DNA of 64,000 nucleotides from Ciceribacter sp. sgz301302. Its GTDB lineage: Bacteria > Pseudomonadota > Alphaproteobacteria > Rhizobiales > Rhizobiaceae. Positions within the stretch are counted from its first letter, which is position 1. The number at the start of each line of letters is the position of its first letter. Position numbers and translations under genes: made by a program. Positions 38,253-47,265 of the stretch are shown one piece after another. The notes below the pieces were generated by a model that was not told the DNA's origin, did no database searches, and saw nothing but the letters and a program-made list of their open reading frames with translations. Location: assembly GCF_041928815.1 (NCBI RefSeq), contig NZ_JBHFEI010000008.1:198349-262348 (forward strand). The letters are read 5' to 3'.

Positions 38253-39886
38253 AGCAGGTCGACGATCTGCGCCGAATCGAAGCGCGAATCGAGCATGCCG
38301 TAGGTCGCGCGCCAGCCGCCGGCGAGGCGCGATTCGAGGAAGGCGTCGGCGAGCCGCCCGGCGCCGAGACGGTAGAGTTCGGCGGCGGCACCGGCGAGCG
38401 CCAGCTGCTCGACGAGAAGCCGCGTCGAGCCCTCGTCGCGCTCGCAGAGCGACATGGCGGCGCGCAGCACGTCGAAGGTCTTGCGACCGGCAGGGCCGAG
38501 ATCGCGGCCGATCACGGCGAAGAGCTGCTCGAACAGGTCCTTGCCGCGCGCGACCACCTTCAGCACGTCGAGCGCCAGGACGTTGCCGCCGCCTTCCCCG
38601 AGGGCGGCGGCGGGTGCTGCGCGATAGTGCCGGGCGATCGCCCAGTCCTCGACATAAGAATTGCCACCCATCGCCTCCATCGCCTCGGCGATCAGCATCG
38701 GGGCGATCTTGGCGCACCAGTATTTCGCCACCGGCGTCATCAGCCGGGCATAGGCGGCGTCCTCGGCACTCTCGCCGGCCCGGTCGAAGGCGGCGGCGAC
38801 ACGCAGCGCCAGTGCCGTCGCGGCGGCGACGTCGAGCGCCATGTCGGCGACGACCCGCGTCATCAGCGGCTGGGCGATCAGGGCGCGGCCGCCGACCTGG
38901 CGCCCGCGCAGGTGGTGCACGGTCTCGGCCAGAGCCGCGCGCATCGTGCCTGCTGCGGCGAGCGCACCATCGAGCCGCGTGAGCGTCACCATGTCGAGGA
39001 TGGTGCGCTGACCGGCATCGGGCGCGCCGAGCGCGAAGCCGAAGGTCTCGGAGAACTCCACCTCGGCCGTCGCGTTCGAGCGATTGCCGAGCGTGTCCTT
39101 CAGCCGCTGGAAGCGCAGCCCGTTCGCCGAACCATCCTCCAGAAGGCGCGGCACGAGGAAGCAGCCGAGCCCCTCGCGTGTCTGGGCGAGCATGATGAAG
39201 GCGTCGCTCATCGGCGCGGAGAGATACCATTTGTGGCCGCCGAGCCGGTAGATCCCCTCGCCGACGCGTTCCGCGCGCGTGACCGTCGCGCGCAGGTCCG
39301 ATCCGGCCTGCTTTTCGGTCAGTCCCATGCCGATGGTGACGGCGGATTTCTGCATCCAGGGGCGATTGGTCGAATCATACTTGCGGGCAAGGATCTTCGC
39401 CGCCCACTCCTTCTGCACGACGGGCGCCGCCGCCATGGCGGCGACGGAGGCGCTCGTCATCGTCATCGGCGCGAGGTGACCAGCCTCGAGCTGCGCCGTC
39501 AGGTAATAGCGCACCGCCCGGGCCCGATGCGACTGGCCGCGTTCGCCCTCGATCGTTTCCCAGGCGGAAGAATGCAGGCCGGCGCCCATCGACCGCCGCA
39601 TCAGCGCATGCCAGGCCGGATGGAACTCGACGACGTCGAGCCTTTCGCCGCGAGGCCCGTGCGAGCGCAGCTGCGGCGCGCCGTGGTCGGCCATGCGCGC
39701 CAGCTCCTGCGCCTCGGCCGAGGTGACGAAGCGCCCGATCGCCTCGAAATCCTCCTTCAGCGCCCGCGGCAGCCCCGCCGTCGCATCGACCACCAGCGGA
39801 TCGGACCGGTAGGCGTTGATGCCGGAATAGGGCGCCGGCTGGTTGAGCTCGGCCTGGATCTTGTCGGTGCGCGGCGCTTGGGTCAT
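38234..39886 (-). CDS. Acyl-CoA dehydrogenase family protein, AidB-like
   Basis: 550 aa with ACAD middle and C-terminal domains (GGNSYVEDWAIARHYR...). Overlaps the convergent AEC gene by 19 bp. Confidence 0.8.
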   Translation of the reverse strand: MTQAPRTDKIQAELNQPAPYSGINAYRSDPLVVDATAGLPRALKEDFEAIGRFVTSAEAQELARMADHGAPQLRSHGPRGERLDVVEFHPAWHALMRRSMGAGLHSSAWETIEGERGQSHRARAVRYYLTAQLEAGHLAPMTMTSASVAAMAAAPVVQKEWAAKILARKYDSTNRPWMQKSAVTIGMGLTEKQAGSDLRATVTRAERVGEGIYRLGGHKWYLSAPMSDAFIMLAQTREGLGCFLVPRLLEDGSANGLRFQRLKDTLGNRSNATAEVEFSETFGFALGAPDAGQRTILDMVTLTRLDGALAAAGTMRAALAETVHHLRGRQVGGRALIAQPLMTRVVADMALDVAAATALALRVAAAFDRAGESAEDAAYARLMTPVAKYWCAKIAPMLIAEAMEAMGGNSYVEDWAIARHYRAAPAAALGEGGGNVLALDVLKVVARGKDLFEQLFAVIGRDLGPAGRKTFDVLRAAMSLCERDEGSTRLLVEQLALAGAAAELYRLGAGRLADAFLESRLAGGWRATYGMLDSRFDSAQIVDLLYPAAR

Positions 39887-40046
39887 GGCCCGCTTCTAGC
39901 CGATGTTTGCCCCCCGTGAAACGGGTCCTCCGCGCCGCCGCTTGCGGTTCCTCAACTTTTCTCGCGGCCCTGCCCCCGCCAACTTGCCGCAGGCCCGGCA
40001 AGGCACTAAGAGAACGCGACATTCACAAGGACAGCAGGCGGCGCTC

Positions 40047-40979
40047 ATGGCATCGTTTCCGCACCGGCATCTCCTCGGCATCAAGGATCTGAGCGAACAG
40101 GACATCACCCTGCTCCTCGACCGCGCCGACGAGGCCGTGAAGATCTCCCGCCAGCGCGAGAAGAAAACCTCGACATTGCGCGGCCTGACGCAGATCAACC
40201 TCTTCTTCGAGGCCTCCACCCGCACCCAGGCCTCCTTCGAGCTTGCCGGCAAACGGCTCGGCGCCGACGTGATGAACATGTCGGTCGGCAACTCCTCGGT
40301 GAAGAAGGGCGAGACGCTGATCGACACGGCGATGACGCTGAACGCGATGCATCCGGACGTGCTCATCGTGCGCCATTCCTCCGCCGGGGCCGCCGCGCTT
40401 CTGGCGCAGAAGGTCTCCTGCGCCGTCGTCAATGCCGGCGACGGGCAGCACGAGCACCCGACGCAGGCGCTGCTCGACGCGCTGACCATCCGCCGCGCGC
40501 GCGGCAAGCTCGCCCGCATCATCGTGGCGATCTGCGGCGACGTGCTGCATTCGCGCGTCGCCCGCTCCAATATCATTCTCCTGAACCGCATGGGCGCGCG
40601 GGTGCGCGTCGTCGCGCCGGCAACGCTGCTTCCCTCGGGGATCGCCGAGATGGGCGCCGAGGTCTACCATTCGATGGAGGAGGGACTGAAGGGCGCCGAC
40701 GTGGTCATGATGCTGCGGCTGCAGCGCGAGCGCATGTCGGGCGCCTTCGTGCCGTCGGTGCGCGAGTATTTCCGTTATTTCGGCCTCGACGCCGAGAAGC
40801 TGAAGGCGGCGAAGGACGATGCGCTCGTGATGCATCCCGGCCCCATGAACCGGGGCGTCGAGATCGCCTCCGAGATCGCCGACGGTCCGCAGAGCGTGAT
40901 CGAGGCACAGGTGGAAATGGGGGTCGCGGTGCGCATGGCCGTGATGGAAACGCTGCTCCTGTCGCAGTCGGAGGCATGA
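40047..40979 (+). CDS. pyrB: Aspartate carbamoyltransferase catalytic subunit
   Basis: [25 protein letters not shown]...STRTQASFE...HPTQALLD...HPGPMNRG motifs. Confidence 0.9.
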   Translation: MASFPHRHLLGIKDLSEQDITLLLDRADEAVKISRQREKKTSTLRGLTQINLFFEASTRTQASFELAGKRLGADVMNMSVGNSSVKKGETLIDTAMTLNAMHPDVLIVRHSSAGAAALLAQKVSCAVVNAGDGQHEHPTQALLDALTIRRARGKLARIIVAICGDVLHSRVARSNIILLNRMGARVRVVAPATLLPSGIAEMGAEVYHSMEEGLKGADVVMMLRLQRERMSGAFVPSVREYFRYFGLDAEKLKAAKDDALVMHPGPMNRGVEIASEIADGPQSVIEAQVEMGVAVRMAVMETLLLSQSEA

Positions 40980-40983
40980 CGCG

Positions 40984-42273
40984 ATGACGAAGCCGCTTGT
41001 CCTCACCCATCTGCGCATCCTCGACCCCTCGCGCGACCTCGACGAGACCGGCGCGATCATCGTCGTCGACGGGCGCATCGCCGCCGCCGGCGCCGGAGCG
41101 ATGAACCAGGGCGTGCCCGACGGGGCGGAGGTGCGCGACTGCCGCGACCTCGTCGCCGTGCCCGGCCTCGTCGACGCGCGCGTCCACACCGGCGAGCCGG
41201 GCGCGGAACACCGCGAGACGATCGAATCGGCGGCGAGGGCGGCGGCGGCCGGCGGCGTCACCTCGATCATCACCATGCCGGACAGCGAACCGGTCATCGA
41301 CGACATCGCCCTTGTCGAGTTCGTGCTCAAATCCGCCCGCGACCGCGCCGTCGTCAACGTCCATCCGGCAGCGGCGCTGACCAAGGGGCTGGCCGGCACG
41401 GAGATGACCGAGTTCGGTCTCCTGCTCGAGGCCGGCGCCGTCTGCCTGACGAACGGCCGCCAGCCGCTGCACGACACGCAGGTGCTGCGCCGGGCGATGA
41501 CCTATGCGCGGGAATTCGGCGCGGTCATTTCGCTGGAGACCCGCGACCGCTATCTCGGCGCGAACGGCGTGATGAACGAGGGGCTGCTCGCAAGCTGGCT
41601 CGGGCTTTCCGGCATTCCGCGCGAGGCGGAACTGATCCCGCTCGAACGCGACCTGCGCATCGCGGCGCTGACGCGTGGCGCCTATCATGCGGCAAAGCTC
41701 TCCGTTCCCGAATCGGTCGCGGCCGTCACCGACGCACGCAGCCGCGGCGTCAACGCCACCTGCGCCGCCTCGATCAACAATCTGACGCTGAACGAGAACG
41801 ACATCGGCGAATACCGCACCTTCTTCAAGCTGTCGCCGCCGCTGCGCGGCGAGGACGATCGCAGCGCGATGGCCGACGCACTGGCGAAGGGCGAGATCGA
41901 CATCATCGTCTCCTCGCACGATCCGCAGGACGTCGACACCAAGCGCCTGCCCTTCGCCGATGCCGCCGACGGCGCCGTCGGCCTCGAAACCCTGCTCCCG
42001 TCGGCGCTGCGCCTGCACCACAGCGGCTCTGTGCCGTTGATGCGGCTGATCGATGCGCTCTCCACCCGGCCGGCGCGGATCTTCGGTCTCGATGCGGGAA
42101 CGCTGGCGCCCGGCGCGCGCGCCGACATCACCCTCATCGACCTCGACGAGCCGTGGATCCTGTCGCGCGACGCGCTCTTGTCGCGCTCGAAAAACACGCC
42201 CTTCGAAAATGCCCGCTTTACCGGCCGCGCCGTTCGCACCTATGTTTCGGGACGCTGCGTCCATTCCGTCTGA
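40984..42273 (+). CDS. Dihydroorotase-like protein, probably the non-catalytic PyrC' type
   Basis: Amidohydrolase fold. The metal-binding HxH motif reads DARVHTGEPG instead of DxHxHxRxPG. Immediately follows pyrB, as for the structural PyrC' partner of Pseudomonas-type ATCase. Confidence 0.8.
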   Translation: MTKPLVLTHLRILDPSRDLDETGAIIVVDGRIAAAGAGAMNQGVPDGAEVRDCRDLVAVPGLVDARVHTGEPGAEHRETIESAARAAAAGGVTSIITMPDSEPVIDDIALVEFVLKSARDRAVVNVHPAAALTKGLAGTEMTEFGLLLEAGAVCLTNGRQPLHDTQVLRRAMTYAREFGAVISLETRDRYLGANGVMNEGLLASWLGLSGIPREAELIPLERDLRIAALTRGAYHAAKLSVPESVAAVTDARSRGVNATCAASINNLTLNENDIGEYRTFFKLSPPLRGEDDRSAMADALAKGEIDIIVSSHDPQDVDTKRLPFADAADGAVGLETLLPSALRLHHSGSVPLMRLIDALSTRPARIFGLDAGTLAPGARADITLIDLDEPWILSRDALLSRSKNTPFENARFTGRAVRTYVSGRCVHSV

Positions 42274-42300
42274 CGGCGGCCGATCGGGGGAGGATCTCTG

Positions 42301-42912
42301 GTGAACGACGTCTTCTGGGAACCCGGCCTGCTGCCGACGCTCGCGAGCCTCGTCTTCGGCTACCTGCTCGGCACCATCCCCTTCGGCTTGATCCTGACGC
42401 GGGCGGCGGGCCTCGGGGACGTGCGCAAGATCGGCTCCGGCAATATCGGCGCCACCAACGTGCTGCGCACCGGCAACAAGAAGCTGGCGGCCGCGACCCT
42501 TCTGCTCGACGCGCTGAAGGGAACGGCGGCGGCGGCGCTGGCCGGCCTCGTCTCGCCGGATCTGGCGCTTTCTGCCGGTTTTGCCGCCTTTCTCGGCCAT
42601 CTCTTCCCGGTCTGGCTCGGCTTCAAGGGCGGCAAGGGTGTCGCGACCTATATCGGCGTTCTGCTCGGCGTGGCGCCGCCGATGATGCTCGTCTTCGCCG
42701 TGGTCTGGCTCGCCTCGGCGAAGATCACCCGCTATTCCTCGCTTTCGGCGCTGATCGCGACGCTGGTCGTGCCCGTCGTCACCTATGCGTTCGACCACGA
42801 GAAGATGGCGATCCTCTTCGCGGTGATGACCGCCATCACCTGGATCAAGCACCGCGCCAACATCGCAAGGCTCCTGAACGGAACGGAAAGCAGGATCGGT
42901 TCGAAGGGTTAG
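42301..42912 (+). CDS. plsY: Glycerol-3-phosphate acyltransferase PlsY
   Basis: GTG start with [26 protein letters not shown]...[12 protein letters not shown] signature. Confidence 0.9.
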   Translation: MNDVFWEPGLLPTLASLVFGYLLGTIPFGLILTRAAGLGDVRKIGSGNIGATNVLRTGNKKLAAATLLLDALKGTAAAALAGLVSPDLALSAGFAAFLGHLFPVWLGFKGGKGVATYIGVLLGVAPPMMLVFAVVWLASAKITRYSSLSALIATLVVPVVTYAFDHEKMAILFAVMTAITWIKHRANIARLLNGTESRIGSKG

Positions 42913-42916
42913 GCCC

Positions 42917-44068
42917 ATGCCGGCATACGGGGCGGAGCGGAAAGGCACGGCGCTGACCGACCGGCAGCGCCTCGCCTGGCTGCGGCTGATCCGCAGCGAC
43001 AATGTCGGTCCCGTCACCTTCCGCCACCTGATCAATCATTTCGGCACGGCGCAGGCGGCGATCGAGGCGCTGCCGGAGCTCTCCCGCCGCGGCGGCTCGC
43101 CCCGGCCGATCCGCATCGCGAGTCTGAGCGAGGCCGAGCGCGAAATGGAGACGGCCGCGCGGGCCGGCGCCCGCTTCATCGGGCTCGGCGAGCCGGATTA
43201 TCCGCCGGCGCTGCGCCAGATCGACGGCGCGCCGCCGCTCCTTGCCGCGAAAGGACGGCTCGACGCCGCGACGACGCCCTCGCTCGGCATCGTCGGCGCC
43301 CGCAATGCGTCTGCGAACGGCATGAAGTTCGCGGCGATGATCGCCCGCGAGGCGGGCCGCGCCGGCTATGTCGTGACCTCCGGCCTGGCCCGCGGCATCG
43401 ACACGGCCGCCCACCGCGCCACGCTTGCAACCGGCACCATCGCCGCGATGGCCGGCGGCCTGGACAAGCCCTATCCACCGGAAAACATCGGCCTTCTCGA
43501 CGAGATCACCGAGGGCCAGGGCCTCGCGATCAGCGAGATGCCCTTCGGCTGGGAGCCACGCGCGCGTGACTTCCCGCGGCGCAACCGGCTGATCGCCGGT
43601 ATCGCGCTCGGCGTCGTCGTGGTCGAGGCGGCGGTCCGGTCCGGATCGCTGATCACCGCGCGGCTCGCCGCCGATTTCGGCCGGCTGGTCTTCGCGACGC
43701 CCGGCTCCCCCTTCGACCCGCGCTCGGAGGGCACCAACAACCTCCTGAAACAGGGCGCCACGGTGACGACGGCCGCCTCCGACGTGCTCGATGCGCTGGC
43801 GCCGCTCAGCCGCTTCGATCTCTTTTCACCGCACGAGATCGACGAACCGCCGCGCGAACAGGCGGAGACCCGCCCCGATGCACCCTCGGACCGGGACCGC
43901 GCGACGCTGATCGAGGCCCTGTCCTTCTCGCCGACGGATGTCGACGACATCGTCCGCCATACCGGCCTTTCCGCCGCCGCCGTCCATCTCGCCCTTCTGG
44001 AACTGGACCTGGCGGGCCGGCTGCAGCGCCACTCAGGCGGACGGGTCTCGCTTGTTGAGCGGACGTGA
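42917..44068 (+). CDS. dprA: DNA-processing protein DprA (Smf)
   Basis: Rossmann-like DprA core (LGIVGARNASANGMKFAAMIAREAGRAGYVVTSGLARGIDTAAH). Confidence 0.85.
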   Translation: MPAYGAERKGTALTDRQRLAWLRLIRSDNVGPVTFRHLINHFGTAQAAIEALPELSRRGGSPRPIRIASLSEAEREMETAARAGARFIGLGEPDYPPALRQIDGAPPLLAAKGRLDAATTPSLGIVGARNASANGMKFAAMIAREAGRAGYVVTSGLARGIDTAAHRATLATGTIAAMAGGLDKPYPPENIGLLDEITEGQGLAISEMPFGWEPRARDFPRRNRLIAGIALGVVVVEAAVRSGSLITARLAADFGRLVFATPGSPFDPRSEGTNNLLKQGATVTTAASDVLDALAPLSRFDLFSPHEIDEPPREQAETRPDAPSDRDRATLIEALSFSPTDVDDIVRHTGLSAAAVHLALLELDLAGRLQRHSGGRVSLVERT

Positions 44069-44550
44069 CAGCGGCCGGTGGCCGGCAAGGATGTCGGAGG
44101 CCTCGACATAGGCCATTTCGATCAGGTAGGCGAGCATGTCCGCCCCCTGCCCCTCGGTCACGGTGCGCAACTCGCCGAGGATCTGCCGCACATACTGGAT
44201 GGTAGAATGGGAATCATTTCCTTTTAAACTGTTTCTCGCTGAATTCGCTACCATATCAGACTCCCATAAATTACTACAGCCACAACCCGGCCCGGAAAAG
44301 CGCACAATCTGGCGGAAAAAATAGGTTGTATTCTCTGATTTCATGCTATTTCAACGATAGTTGATGCTACCATAGATTACAATAGGAATTTAGTCTTTAT
44401 CACCTTTCGAAGGCGTTTTAGACCGGCCGGCACCGAAAGCCCCTTGACCCGGCCGGATTCGCCCTCCATGTCGGGAGGTGACGAATATGCGGGCGTGCCG
44501 CGTCAGCGAGGCCGGGCACGCGATCCGCTGACTGCCTCTGAGTATGACGC

Positions 44551-47265
44551 ATGAATCTGGTCGTCGTGGAATCGCCCGCGAAAGCAAAGACAATCAACAA
44601 GTATCTCGGCTCCGGCTACAAGGTGCTCGCCTCCTTCGGCCATGTGCGCGACCTGCCGGCGAAGGACGGCTCCGTGCTGCCGGACCAGGACTTCGAGATG
44701 CTGTGGGAGGTGGATGCCGCCTCCGCCAAGAGGGTCAAGGACATCGCCGACGCGGTGAAGACCTCGGATGCCGTCTATCTCGCGACCGACCCCGACCGCG
44801 AGGGCGAGGCGATCTCCTGGCATGTGCTCGACCTCCTGAAGAAGAAGAAGGTGATCGGCGCCAAGCCGGTGAAGCGCGTCGTCTTCAACGCCATCACCAA
44901 GAAGGCCGTGCTCGATGCCATGGCCCATCCCCGCGACATCGACGAGCCGCTGGTCGATGCCTATCTCGCCCGCCGCGCCCTCGACTATCTCGTCGGCTTC
45001 AACCTCTCGCCGGTGCTCTGGCGCAAGCTGCCGGGCGCGCGCTCGGCCGGGCGCGTGCAGTCGGTCGCCCTCCGGCTCGTCTGCGACCGGGAGTCCGAGA
45101 TCGAGCGTTTCGTCTCGGAGGAGTACTGGAACATCTCGGCGCTCCTGAAGACGCCGCGCGGCGATGTCTTCGAGGCACGGCTTGCGTCTGCCGACGGCAA
45201 GCGGCTGGCGGCACGCGCCATCGGCGACGGGGACAGGGCGGGCCGGCTGAAGGACCTGCTCGAGGGCGCTTCCTATGTCGTCGACAGCGTCGAGGCCAAG
45301 CCGACAAAACGCAACCCGTCGCCCCCCTTCACCACCTCGACCCTGCAGCAGGCCGCCTCGTCCAAGCTCGGCTTCTCCGCCTCGCGCACGATGCAGGTGG
45401 CGCAGAAGCTCTACGAGGGCATCGATCTCGGCGGAGAGACGGTCGGCCTGATCACCTATATGCGAACCGACGGCGTGCAGATGGCCGGAGAGGCGATCGA
45501 CGCGGCGCGGCGCGCCATCGGCCACCAGTTCGGCGAGCGCTACGTGCCGGAAAAGCCGCGCTTCTATGCGACCAAGGCGAAGAACGCCCAGGAAGCGCAT
45601 GAGGCGATCCGCCCTACGGACTTCACCCGCACGCCCGAACAGATGCGCCGCTTCCTCGACGGCGACATGCTGAAGCTCTACGACCTCGTCTGGAAGCGCG
45701 GCATCGCCAGCCAGATGGCCTCGGCGGAGCTCGAACGCACCACGGTCGAGATCACCGCGAAGAACGGCGGCGAGACGGCGGGCCTGCGCGCCACCGGTTC
45801 CGTCATCCGCTTCGACGGCTTCATCGCCGCCTACACCGACCAGAAGGAGGATGGCGACGCCCCGGACGAGGATGACGAGGACGGCCGGCTGCCGGAGATC
45901 AATGCTCGCGAAAGCCTCGGCAAGGAGAAGGTGAACGCGACCCAGCACTTCACCGAGCCGCCGCCGCGCTATTCCGAAGCCTCGCTGATCAAGAAGATGG
46001 AGGAGCTCGGCATCGGCCGGCCCTCGACCTATGCCGCGACGCTCGCGACGCTGCGCGACCGCGAATACGTGGTGATCGACAAGCGCAAGCTGATCCCGGA
46101 GCCGAAGGGCCGGCTGGTGACGGCCTTCCTGGAAAGCTTCTTCACCCGCTACGTCGAGTACGACTTCACGGCCTCGCTCGAGGAGAAGCTCGACCAGATC
46201 TCGGCCGGCGATCTCAACTGGAAGGACGTGCTGCGCGAGTTCTGGACGAATTTCTTCGCCCAGATCGAGGACACGAAGGAACTGCGCGTCACCAACGTGC
46301 TCGACGCGCTGAACGAGATCCTGGCGCCGCTCGTCTTCCCGAAGCGCGAGGACGGCAGCGATCCGCGGATCTGCCAGGTCTGCGGCACGGGAAAACTGTC
46401 GCTGAAGCTCGGCAAGTACGGCGCCTTCGTCGGCTGCTCGAACTATCCGGACTGCAATTTCACCCGGCAATTGTCGAGCGACGGCAACGATGCCGAGGCG
46501 GCCGCCTCGAACGAACCGCAATCGCTCGGCCGCGATCCGATGACGGGCGAGGAGATTACGCTGCGTTCCGGCCGTTTCGGTCCTTACGTCCAGCGTGGCG
46601 ACGGCAAGGAGGCGAAGCGCTCCAGCCTGCCGAAGGGCTGGACGCCGGCGACGATCGATCACGAGAAGGCGGTGGCGCTTCTCTCCCTGCCGCGCGACAT
46701 CGGCCAGCATCCGGAAACCGGCAAGATGATCTCGTCCGGCCTCGGCCGCTACGGGCCGTTCCTGCTGCATGACGGGAAATACGCCAATCTCGAATCGATC
46801 GAGGACGTGTTCTCGGTCGGCCTCAACCGCGCCGTGGCCGTGCTCGCCGACAAGGCGGCCGGCGGCGGCAAGGGACGCGGCCGCACCGCGGCGGCGGCGC
46901 TGAAGGAACTCGGCAACCATCCTGAAGGCGGTGCCGTGACCGTGCGCGACGGGCGTTACGGACCCTATGTCAACTGGGGCAAGGTGAACGCCACCCTCCC
47001 CAAGGGCAAGGATCCGCAGGCGATCACCCTCGAGGAGGCGATCCCGCTGCTTGCCGAACGCGCCGGCAAGGTCTCGACCAAGCCCGCCAAGGCGGCGCCG
47101 AAGGCCAAGGCGAAGGCGGCAGCCGCCGACGGCGAGGCCGACGCCGCGCCCGCGGCCCGCCGCAAGGCGGCGGCGAAGCCCGCCGGCGCCAAGGCGACAG
47201 CCGCCAAGACAGCAGGGGCCAAGGCGAAACCGGCGGCGAAAGCGAAGAAGAAGGACGCATCTTGA
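44551..47265 (+). CDS. topA: DNA topoisomerase I
   Basis: MNLVVVESPAKAKTINKYLG (Toprim), catalytic Tyr region, C-terminal Zn-ribbons and Lys/Ala-rich tail. 904 aa. Confidence 0.95.
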   Translation: MNLVVVESPAKAKTINKYLGSGYKVLASFGHVRDLPAKDGSVLPDQDFEMLWEVDAASAKRVKDIADAVKTSDAVYLATDPDREGEAISWHVLDLLKKKKVIGAKPVKRVVFNAITKKAVLDAMAHPRDIDEPLVDAYLARRALDYLVGFNLSPVLWRKLPGARSAGRVQSVALRLVCDRESEIERFVSEEYWNISALLKTPRGDVFEARLASADGKRLAARAIGDGDRAGRLKDLLEGASYVVDSVEAKPTKRNPSPPFTTSTLQQAASSKLGFSASRTMQVAQKLYEGIDLGGETVGLITYMRTDGVQMAGEAIDAARRAIGHQFGERYVPEKPRFYATKAKNAQEAHEAIRPTDFTRTPEQMRRFLDGDMLKLYDLVWKRGIASQMASAELERTTVEITAKNGGETAGLRATGSVIRFDGFIAAYTDQKEDGDAPDEDDEDGRLPEINARESLGKEKVNATQHFTEPPPRYSEASLIKKMEELGIGRPSTYAATLATLRDREYVVIDKRKLIPEPKGRLVTAFLESFFTRYVEYDFTASLEEKLDQISAGDLNWKDVLREFWTNFFAQIEDTKELRVTNVLDALNEILAPLVFPKREDGSDPRICQVCGTGKLSLKLGKYGAFVGCSNYPDCNFTRQLSSDGNDAEAAASNEPQSLGRDPMTGEEITLRSGRFGPYVQRGDGKEAKRSSLPKGWTPATIDHEKAVALLSLPRDIGQHPETGKMISSGLGRYGPFLLHDGKYANLESIEDVFSVGLNRAVAVLADKAAGGGKGRGRTAAAALKELGNHPEGGAVTVRDGRYGPYVNWGKVNATLPKGKDPQAITLEEAIPLLAERAGKVSTKPAKAAPKAKAKAAAADGEADAAPAARRKAAAKPAGAKATAAKTAGAKAKPAAKAKKKDAS

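Noticed and set aside
36978-39919. 750-aa minus ORF and 909-aa plus ORF overlapping the AEC transporter and aidB-like genes
   Set aside because: Low-complexity Arg/Gly-rich frames. The real genes are identified in the other frames.
40705-43035. 776-aa minus ORF across pyrB-pyrC'-plsY
   Set aside because: Antisense artefact.
44033-44344. 103-aa minus ORF spanning the dprA end and AT-rich island
   Set aside because: Overlaps the dprA 3' end antisense, AT-rich codon usage atypical, no RBS. The region is reported as a finding instead.
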